A stretch of 64,000 bases of DNA from Haliotis rufescens (taxonomy: Eukaryota), in the NCBI RefSeq assembly GCF_023055435.1, contig NW_025963779.1, positions 88,102,001 through 88,166,000 on the forward strand, written 5' to 3'. Position 1 is the first letter of the stretch. Every line of letters begins with the position of its first letter. This document shows positions 51,431-61,625 of this stretch, one piece after another. The position numbers and the translations under genes are program-made. The notes below the pieces were generated by a model. The model ran no database searches. It was not told the origin of the DNA and saw only the letters and a program-made list of their open reading frames with translations.

Positions 51431-54400
51431 CCAGTCACTGCCCCACCTCACCCCAGACACTACACCACCTCATCAAAGTCACTGCCCCACCTCACCCCAG
51501 ACACTGCCTCACCTCATCCCAGTCACTGCCCCACCTTACCCCAGTCACTGCCCCACCTTACCCCAATCACTGCCCCATCTCACCCCAGTCACTGCCCCAT
51601 CTCACCCCAGACACTACACCACCTCATCAAAGTCACTGCCCCACCTCACCCCAGACACTGCCTCACCTCATCCCAGTCACTGCCCCACCTTACCCCAGTC
51701 ACTGCCCCACCTTACCCCAATCACTACATCACCTCACCCCAGACACTGCCCCATCTCACCCCAGTCACTGCCCCACCTCACCCCAGACACTACACCACCT
51801 CATCAAAGTCACTGCCCCACCTCACCTCAATCACTGCACCACCTCACCCCAGACACTGCCTCACCTCATCCCAGCCACTGCCCCACCTTACCCCAATCAA
51901 AACATCACCTCACCCCAGACACTGCCCCACCTTACCCCAATCACTGCCCCATCTCACCCCAGTCACTGCCCCATCTCACCCCAGACACTACACCACCTCA
52001 TCCCAGTCACTGCCCCACCTCATCCCAGTCACTGCCCCACCTTACCCCAATCACTACATCACCTCACCCCAGACACTGCCTCACCTCATCCCAGTCACTG
52101 CCCCACCTTACCCCAATCACAACATCACCTCACCCCAGACACTGCCTCACCTCATCCCAGTCACTGCCCCACCTTACCCCAATCACAACATCACCTTACC
52201 CCAGTCACTGCCCCACCTCATCCAAACAACTACCTCACCAAAACCCCAATCACTACACCACCTCACCCCATCACTACACCACCTCATCAGAGTCACTACC
52301 CCACCTCACCCCAATCACTGCCTCACATCACCAAAAACACTACACCTACTCACCCCATCACTGCACCATCTCTTCATAGTCACTACCCCACCTCACCCCA
52401 ATCACTACACCACCTCACCCAAGTCACTGCCCCACCTCACCCCGACAACTACCTCACCTCAACCCAATCACTACACCACCTCACCCAAATCACTACACCA
52501 CCTCTCCCCAATCACTACACCACCTCACCCAAATCACTACACCACCTCACCCAAATCACTGCCCCACCTTACCCCATCACTGCACCACCTAACCCCAATC
52601 ACTACACCACCTGACCCCCTCAATTCACCACCTCACCCCAATCACTACACCACCTCATCCCATCACTACACCACCTCACCCCAATCACTACACAACCTTA
52701 CCCCATCACTGCCCCACCTCAACCCATTACTACACCACCTCACCCCATCACTACACCACCTCACCCCAGACACTACACCATCTCATCAAAGTCACTGCCC
52801 CATCTCACCCCAGACACTACACCACCTCATCAAAGTCACTGCCCCACCTCACCCCAATCACTGCACCACCTCACCCCAGACACTGCCTCACCTCTTCCCA
52901 GTCACTGCCCCATCTCACCCCAGACATTGCACCACCTCACCCCAGACACTGCCTCACCTCATCCCAGTCACTGCCCCACCTCATCCCAACAACTACCTCA
53001 CCAAAACCCCAATCACTACACCACCTCACCCCATCACTGCACCACCTCATCAGAGTCACTACCCCACCTCACCCCAATCAATGCCTCACCTCACCAAAAA
53101 CACTACATCACCTCACCCCATCACTGCACCATCTCATCATAGTCACTACCCCACCTCACCCCAATCACTACATCACCTCACCCTAGTCACTGCCCCACCT
53201 CACCCCAACAACTACCTCACCTCAACCCAATCACAGCACCACCTCACCCGAATCACTACACCACCTCTCCCCAATCACTACACCACCTCACCGCAATCAC
53301 TACACCACCTCACCCAAATCACTGCACCACCTTACCCCATCACTGCCCCACCTAACCCCAATCACTACACCACCTCACCCAATCAATACACCACCTCACC
53401 CCAATCACTACACCACCTCACCCCAGACACTGCCCCACCTCAACTCATTACTACACCACCTCACCCCAGTCACTGCCCCATCTCACCCCATCACTGCCCC
53501 ACCTAACCCCAATCACTACACCACCTCACCCCATCAATACCCCACCTCACCCAAATCACCGCCTCACCTCACCAAAAACACTACACCACCTCACCCCATC
53601 ACTGCACCATCTCATCATAGTCACTACCCCATCTCACCCCAATCACTACATCACCTCACCCAAGTCACTGCCCCACCTCACCCCAACAACTACCTCACCT
53701 CAACCCAATCACTACACCACCTCACCCCAATCACTATACCACCTCACCCAAATCACTGCACCACCTTACCCGATCACTGCCCCACCTAACCCCAATCACT
53801 ACACCACCTCAACCCATCAATTCACCACCTCACCCCAATCACTACGCCACCTCACCCCATCATCACTGCCCCACCTCAACCAATTACTACACCACCTCAC
53901 CCCAGACACTACACCACCTCATCAAAGTCACTGCCCCACCTCACCCCAATCACTGCATGACTTCACCCCAGACACTGCCTCACCTCATCAAAGTCACTGC
54001 CCCACCTCAACCCAATCACTGCACCACCTCACCCCAGACACTGCCTCACCTCATCCCAGTCACTGCCCCACCTTACCCCAATCACTACATCACCTCAACC
54101 CAGACACTGCCTCACCTCATCCCAGTCACTGCCCCACCTTACCCCAATCACTACATCACCTCACCCCAGACACTGCCTCACCTCACCCCAGTCACTGCCC
54201 CATCTAACCCCAGACACTACACCACCTTAACCCATCAATTCACCACCTCACCCCAATCACTACGCCACCTCACCCCATCATCACTGCCCCACCTCAACCA
54301 ATTACAACACCACCTCACCCCAGACACTACACCACCTCATCAAAGTCACTGCCCCACCTCACCCCAATCACTGCATGACTTCACCCCAGACACTGCCTCA

Positions 54401-55590
54401 CCTCATCAAAGTCACTGCCCCACCTCACCCCAATCACTGCACCACCTCACCCCAGACACTGCCTCACCTCATCCCAGTCACTGCCCCACCTTACCCCAAT
54501 CACTACACCACCTCACCCCAGTCACTGCACCACCTCACCCCAGACACTGCCTCACCTCATCCCAGTCACTGCCCCATCTCACCCCAATCACTACACCACC
54601 TCACCCCATCACTGCACCACCTCATCAGAGTCACTACCCCACCTCACCCTAATCACTACCTCACCTCACCAAAAACACTACACCACCTCACCCCATCACT
54701 GCACCATCTCATCATAGTCACTACCCCACCTCACCCCAATCACTACAACACCTCACCCAAGTCACTGCCCCACCTCACCCCAACAACTACCTCACCTCAA
54801 CCCAATCACTACACCACCTCACCCCAATCACTACACCACCGCACCCTATCACTGCCCCATCTCACCCCAGTCACTGCCCGATCTCACCCCATCACAGCAC
54901 CACCTCATCAGAGTCACTACCCCACCTCACCCTAATCACTGCCTCACCTCACCAAAAACACTACACCACCTCACCCCATCACTGCACCATCTCATCATAG
55001 TCACTACCCCTCCTCACCCCAATCACTACATCACCTCACCCAAGTCACTGCCCCACCTCACCCCAATCACTACATCACCTCACCCAAGTCACTGCCCCAC
55101 CTCACCCAAACAACTACCTCACCTCAACCCAATCACTACACCACCTCACCCCAATCACTACACCACCGCACCCTATCACTGCCCCATCTCACCCCAGTCA
55201 CTGCCCGATCTCACCCCATCACAGCACCCCATCACAGCACCACCTCACCCCAGTCACTACACCACCTCACCCCAGTCACTGCCCCACCTCACCCCATCAC
55301 TGCCCTACCTCACCCTAATCACTACACCACCTCACCCCAATCACTACACCACCGCACCCTATCACTGCCCCATCTCACCCCAGTCACTGCCCGATCTCAC
55401 CCCATCACAGCACCCCATCACAGCACCACCTCACCCCAATCACTACATCACCTCACCCAAGTCACTGCCCCACCTCACCCCTACAACTACCTCACCTCAA
55501 CCCAATCACTACACCACCTCACCCTAATCACTACACCACCGCACCCCATCACTGCCCTACCTCACCCTAATCACTACACCACCTCACCCC
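51431..55590. repeat. About 22 bp C-rich minisatellite with higher-order blocks (about 4.2 kb)
   Basis: Unit cagtcactgccccacctcaccc / caatcactacaccacctcaccc; source of the 713-aa and 403-aa P/H/T-rich ORFs. Confidence 0.96.
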
Positions 55591-55851
55591 ACAATACCTA
55601 GCCTTCCTACCCAATGGGGCAAACAAGCAATATGTGTGTGGGAAGTGTAACCCTAAATCATTGTTTGGGGAACTCTAGGTTTTTCTATACAAATTTAGAT
55701 AAAATGTGATTGCGATTAAAAGAAGAAACCAATACCAGATTGTGATAATAAGCAGAAAGCAAGAGAAAAGAGAAAGCTTTGACAAGAACCAATGCAGAAG
55801 ACGGATATTCAAGTGGCCAGACAACAGAGCGAACCATTAGTACAGCATTCA

Positions 55852-55918
55852 ATGAATGGATGAATGAATGAATATTGTTTTACGCCGCATCAGCAATTTT
55901 CCAGCTATTCACGGCGAT
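55852..55918 (-). mobile_element. 5'-truncated SINE tail
   Basis: gccgtgaatagctggaaaattgctgatgcggcgtaaaac + (ATTC)n; 12-bp TSD gtacagcattca. Confidence 0.8.
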
Positions 55919-56171
55919 GTACAGCATTCAGAGTGATAGACAAAAGTTTCCCCAAAGATTTTTATTATATTTGAGCTGAACATGTATCATATATGGAATA
56001 ATCATCTCCGTAAGTTCATGAAAGAAAACATAGCTGTATCGGAGTGATCTCATCAATAAGACGAAGTTTCTGAGGTGGGAGATAGGAAGGCACAGCATAC
56101 ATCTTACTTTTGCAGGTATTCTGATGGAAAATATTTCAACTCGATATCTTTTTCTTGAATATTGTTTGTAA

Positions 56172-56333
56172 GTGAGTAAGTATGGTTTCACGCCGCTTTT
56201 AGCAATATTCCAGCAATATCACGGCGGGGGACACCACAAACAGGCTTCACACATTGTACCCATGTGGGGAATCGAACCCGGGTCTTCGGCGTGACAAGCA
56301 AACGCTTTAACCACTAGGCTACCAGACCGCCCC
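56172..56333 (-). mobile_element. SINE family A
   Basis: Full copy; TSD gaatattgtttgtaa. Confidence 0.93.
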
Positions 56334-56860
56334 GAATATTGTTTGTAACCAGTATATTTCTGAATTCAATGCTAACAAAACACTTGTTGAAACAGTGCAA
56401 AGCCAGCAGCACTGACATGACGTTCAATGTGGGTACTTCTCTCTTGATGCAGCCATCCCTTGAGGCCAGATGCAGAGACACATCTTTGCATGGTAATATG
56501 TGGCAGATCCATCGATGCGATGGTGCGCACACCCACTTCAAAATACTTTTAACATTTATACTTTCAGGAATTCTATAGGTAATCCTGTACAGTACCCTAA
56601 ATCATTTAACTGTTTTCGAGACACTTAAAATGATAGAGAGTTAAAACAGGCTATTCAAATAGGAGAATAAGAGTTTCATGAATGTGAAGCAGGGAAAGAT
56701 AGCAAGATGCTTGTACAGGCAACACTCCTATGATATAGAGTACCGTTCCACATACTATACAAAGGCTTAAAATTGCCACCATCCAGAGACATACTTACAA
56801 TTTTAGCATACATGGTGCATGGAAACTAAAGAATGCAAAGACAACTTCATCATTATGTTG

Positions 56861-57098
56861 GATTGTTTGTTGGTTTGTTTGTTTGTTTGATGCCACACTC
56901 AGCGATATTCCAGCTATATGTTTATGGTCTGTAAATAAACAAGTATGGACGAGACAATCCAGTGGTTGCTATCATTATCAATGCTGCACATCGTGAAAGT
57001 ACAGTGAACGCTTCCAGCAAAGTCACTGAACCTGCCCACGTAATCCAGAAGTTGCCTCTTAGAACCAGCATACGATGCTCACCCAGAATCCCCCACGA
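56861..57098 (-). mobile_element. SINE-like family B, degenerate
   Basis: Diverged consensus match with (AAAC)n tail. Confidence 0.65.
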
Positions 57099-57302
57099 GC
57101 TTTATCACTTAACCTAACGGTATGTTCATAATTGTCAAGATCTTTGAATATAAATCCAGCCTTGATGTAGAAATGTGTCTTGTCTACATCTTCTCACAAT
57201 GAATGTCCATTTATTAGGGAGTGTAAGAGGTCATGAAATTTGTATTTTTAACTAAAACTCACTGTTTTGTTAGCAATTTTGAATTTCTTTTAAAAAAATC
57301 AC

Positions 57303-57430
57303 CAGTGATTTGTATAGCATGCTGCGTGAACAGGAGACTTAAAACAGTTGAGAAGATGAGTGCTACCAGACCCGTGGATGGACACACATAAACCCAGGAG
57401 ACAAGCTTACGTGGACATTTCCCCGGTGAG
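57303..57430 (-). CDS. MFSD12: Candidate alternative (paralogous) MFSD12 last-TM exon
   Basis: ctttag|C phase-2 acceptor; SPGKCPRKLVSWVYVCPSTGLVALIFSTVLSLLFTQHAIQIT aligns ungapped to the canonical last TM; phase-1 donor G|gtgatt at 57303, or phase-2 donor CA|gtgagt at 57263. Confidence 0.5.
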
Positions 57431-57570
57431 CTAAAGTCTGTAGGCTTTACATTACAATATAACAAGGCCACACTCTTCCAAAAAAGGACAGCAAAACACA
57501 AACAGGGTCACTACAATCTACACACATTGTATAAGTGTGTACATGCTGTAATCCTTTATGAAGTACTTAC

Positions 57571-57665
57571 ACACAAGGATGCAACAGCTGTATAATCTCC
57601 ACGGCAACCCCATTGGACAACTTGTCAGTAAAACTCATAGCACCGTACACGAACGCTCCACTCTC
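57571..57665 (-). CDS. MFSD12: MFSD12 exon
   Basis: tttacag|GAG acceptor, GT|gtaagt donor (phase 2); [31 protein letters not shown]. Confidence 0.95.
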
Positions 57666-58666
57666 CTGTAAACATGACAACATCACAGCTATTACTTTAC
57701 CCAAATCATTCTGGAGATTGTTCGACGTAGAACTTTACCCATGATACCAGTCAGTTGTTACAATACTCTCACGTCAACACGACGTGTTTGTAAACATGCT
57801 GCAGGACAAACAGCAAAACAACTATTTACAAAGCCCAGTGTTCAGGATCGGCTGAATATCTGTATAAAATACCCCAAATAAATCACCATAACCTAATTGA
57901 TTTTGAGTTGGTTTCGGACAAATATGCATGAAACATTTCAAAATCCTGATAGAATAACATCACTATGCAAAACTACCCCATATAGCTTTTTCAGCTTCCG
58001 TACCTTTTTTTCTTTACAGATCCCTATTTACTGGCCTAATGCAGGTATCACACATACAAACTCTACTTCAGTGAAGTCTGCATAAATCCTAGACATATAT
58101 CGCTGTCATGATCTTGAAATGTGTGTCACATAACTAACTGTATAAGGAAGCAAAATTATGTGATCGGGCTACCAAACATAGCTGGACAAACAAATGAACC
58201 GGTTTTACAGATCTTTACATTCTTCCTGTGGCACAAACACCTATCAAGTAATCATTTTTGACCACCCCAATATTGACCAATGACCTTGAACTTGACCTGC
58301 ATCTAACAATGGGTTTCCTTCAAAATATTTTCGTTCAAATCCATTCACTGGTATTCACCGAGTTCTGTGAGTCTTAGCTAGTTCAGTTGACCTTTGACCC
58401 ACTGAATTCTTTCTGTATGACTTTAATGAATCCTTTAATATATGCATGATACTCAACGTGAAACCAGAAGTCAAGTTTTGATACTTCAAGTGTCTCAGTT
58501 ATATTTCAATTAATATTTTAATCAATACTTAATTCAACCAATACTATAGAAAAATGTCAATGTATGATTACGTAATATATTACAAGTTAAATGAAAAGCA
58601 AGAAACCCTTTCCATAACATAAGAAATCTGAAATCTCTGTTTAAGGCAAGTGTTGGTAAATCTTAC

Positions 58667-58840
58667 AGTGTTGTCTCCAATGAGGTCAGCGGTCATTGCA
58701 AGGGAGGTAATCAGCATAGTTGTGCCTCCAATTCCCATGAGGACAGCGGCTCCAAACACCTGCATGGTGCTGGTGCTGGTGATGAAGTGGATCCACACAC
58801 ATGACCCCACAGCAAACACGACCCCGATGATGTAAGTCAC
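58667..58840 (-). CDS. MFSD12: MFSD12 exon
   Basis: tgcag|GTG acceptor, ACT|gtaaga donor, 174 nt; ...AAVLMGIGGTTMLITSLAMTADLIGDNT contains the MFSD12 TSLAMTADLIG motif. Confidence 0.95.
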
Positions 58841-59307
58841 CTGCACAGAAAAGGGATGAAGTCACTTCATGGCATAACCACAGTCACTTCATGACAATGA
58901 AGGTCAGAGCAGAAGCCACTAGATGACATGGGTAACCCAGTGGTCTAAGGCAGCACAATTTGATGGAGTTTTATCCTATAATCAAGCCAGCAACCTGTGA
59001 TCCTGGGTACAAATCCCAGTTCACCCAGATTATGTTGCTAGGTTCGTCAGCATCAAACCCAGCAAGGGAACAATCTGGCCGGATATATTTTGCAGGCGTT
59101 ACTTACTTACTTACTTATATTGGAGATTTAACGTGCGCTTTCCGACTGCAAGCGTATGTCGCACGCGGTTGTGGGCATTGCTTTAGACTGTCTTAAGTAT
59201 CTTTTTTCATTTCATAAGTTAGATAAAAGACTTCCTCTCAGGTTTTTCCTGTGGATGTGGGTTTCAGACATTACAAAAACCTTCAGACATGCTTTAACAT
59301 ACACATA

Positions 59308-61331
59308 ACCTATTGCCTGCAGTTTCACCTTTTGTAACCTATTGCCTTGCAGTTTCACCTATTGTAACCTATTGTCTTGAAGTTTCACCTATTGTAACCT
59401 ATTGCCTTGCAGTTTAACCTTTTGTAACCTATTGTCTTGCAGTTTCACCTTTTGTAACCTATTGCCTTGCAGTTTCACCTATTGTAACCTATTGTCTTGA
59501 AGTTTCACCTATTGTAACCTACTGCCTTGCAGTTTAACCTTTTGTAACCTATTGTTTTGCAGTTTCACCTTTTGTAACCTATTGTCTTGCTGTTTCGCCT
59601 ATTGTAACCTATTGTCTTGCTGTTTCACCTGTTATAGCCTATTGTCTTGCAGTTTCACCTATGGTAACCTATTGTCTTGCTTTTTAACCTATTGTCACCT
59701 ATTGTCTTGCAGTTTCACCTATTGTAACCTATTGCCTTGCAGTTTCACCTTTTGTAACCTATTGTCTTGCTGTTTCACCTATTGCAACCTACTGCCTTGC
59801 AGTTTCAACTTTTGTAACCTATTGTCTTGCTGTTTCACCTATTGCAGTTTCACCTATTGCAACCTATTGTCATGCAGTTTAACCTATTGTAACCTATTGT
59901 CTTACAGTTTAACCTATTGTAACCAATTGTCTTGCTGTTTCACCTATTGCAACCTATTGTCTTACAGTTTAACCTTTTGCAGTTTCACCTATTGCAACCT
60001 ATTGTCATGCAGTTTAACCTATGGTAACCTACTGTCTTACAGTTTAACCTATTGTAACCTATTGTCTTGCTGTTTCACCTATTGCAACCTATTGTCTTAC
60101 AGTTTCACCTGTTATAGCCTATTGTCTTGCTGTTTAACCTTTTGTAACCTATTGTCTTGCAGTTTAACCTTTTGTAACCTATTGTCTTGCAGTTTAACCT
60201 ATTGCAACCTATTGTCTTACAGTTTCACCTGTTATAGCCTATTGTCTTACAGTTTCACCTGTTATAGCCTATTGTCTTACAGTTTCACCTGTTATAGCCT
60301 ATTGTCTTGCTGTTTAACCTATTGCAACCTATTGTCTTACAGTTTTACCTGTTATAGCCTAATGTCTTACAGTTTCACCTGTTATAGCCTATTGTCTTAC
60401 TGTTTAACCTTTTGTAACCTATTGTCTTACAGTTTCACCTGTTATAGCCTATTGTCTTACAGTTTCACCCGTTATAGCCTATTGTCTTGCTGTTTAACCT
60501 TTTGTAACCTATTGTCTTGCTGTTTCACCTATTGTGACCTATTGTCTTAAAGTTTCACCTGTTATAGCCTATTGTCTTGCAGTTTCACCTGTTATAGCCT
60601 ATTGTCTTGCTGTTTAACCTTCTGTAACCTATTGTCTTAAAGTTTCACCTGTTATAGCCTATTGTCTTGCTGTTTAACCTTTTGTAACCTATTGTCTTGC
60701 TGTTTCACCTTTTGTAACCTATTGTCTTGCAGTTTCACCTTTTGTAACCTTTTGTCTTACAGTTTCACCTATTGTAACCTATTGTCTTGCTGTTTAACCT
60801 TTTGTAACCTATTGTCTTGCTGTTTAACCTTTTGTAACCTATTACCTTGCTGTTTCACCTTTTGTAACCTATTGTCTTGCTGTTTCACCTATTGTAACCT
60901 ACTGCCTTGCTGTTTCACCTATTGTAACCTATTGTCTTACAGTTTCACCTATTGTAACCTATTGTCTTGCTGTTTCACCTTTTGTTACCTATTGTCTTGC
61001 TGTTTAACCTTTTGTTACCTATTGCCTTGCTGTTTCACCTTTTGTAACCTATTGTCTTGCTGTTTCACCTTTTGTTACCTATTGTCTTACAGTTTCACCT
61101 TTTGTAACCTATTGTCTTGCTGTTTAACCTTTTGTAGCCTATTGTCTTGCTGTTTAACCTTTTGTTACCTATTGTCTTGCAGTTTACCCTTTTGTTACCT
61201 ATTGCCTTGCAGTTGCACCTATGGTAACCTATTGCCTTGCAGTTTCACCTATGGTAACCTATTGCCTTGCAGTTTCACCTATGGTAACCTATTGCCTTGC
61301 AGTTTCACCTATGGTAACCTATTGCCTTGCA
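59308..61331. repeat. 30 bp minisatellite (about 67 copies) starting about 25 nt after the MFSD12 donor at 61357
   Basis: Unit aacctattgtcttgcagtttcacctattgt; source of the CNLLSCSFTY ORFs. Confidence 0.96.
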
Positions 61332-61357
61332 ATCCTGTATGCTGTGCCCGCACTCAC

Positions 61358-61450
61358 CTTCCTCCCGAACAGCTTGTTGACTGGCTTCATGACGAGTGAG
61401 GTGAAGAACCCACACACATACACGATCAGAGGCACAATGGCAATGTTGGT
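61358..61450 (-). CDS. MFSD12: MFSD12 exon (MFS transporter; lysosomal/melanosomal cysteine importer family)
   Basis: ttcttcag|ACC acceptor, AAG|gtgagt donor, 93 nt; TNIAIVPLIVYVCGFFTSLVMKPVNKLFGRK resembles MFSD12 [24 protein letters not shown]. Confidence 0.92.
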
Positions 61451-61625
61451 CTGAAGAAAGGTAAACAAATATCAAATATCCGTCAATGTCTAATCATACA
61501 AGAATGATTTGTACATAAAGCAGAACATGTTGCAAATGTGTGAAGACGTAAAAGCATTCATCTATCACTGTATCATAAATTTAGGCAGAAACAAAATTCT
61601 TGCAGTCCTGATTATATACTGGAGT

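Larger units (their letters stand above)
55736..56596 (-). pseudogene. Possible SINE-disrupted relic exons in the MFSD12 intron
   Basis: After removing two TSD-flanked SINEs, two phase-2-acceptor frames appear (56596 to about 56108, and 55975 to 55736, the latter with one TGA at 55809-55811 and a last-TM-like segment). Confidence 0.3.

Noticed and set aside
51365-54935. 713-aa, 403-aa and other P/H/T/S-rich ORFs (mucin/extensin-like)
   Set aside because: Several frames are open only because the C-rich 22-bp unit lacks stops; no ATG start for the long ORFs, no signal peptide, and antisense within an MFSD12 intron.
55928-56122. CMLCLPISHL resembling CPLCVPFYRL as another last-TM exon copy
   Set aside because: The downstream sequence is not a TM helix and the frame crosses a gtaaga donor; probably chance.
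58841-58905. Short agtcacttcatg repeats next to the MFSD12 acceptor as an incipient junction array
   Set aside because: Only 2-3 short imperfect copies; cannot be distinguished from chance.
59552-61399. Cys-rich 332-aa and 245-aa ORFs
   Set aside because: Translation of the 30-bp satellite, antisense to MFSD12.
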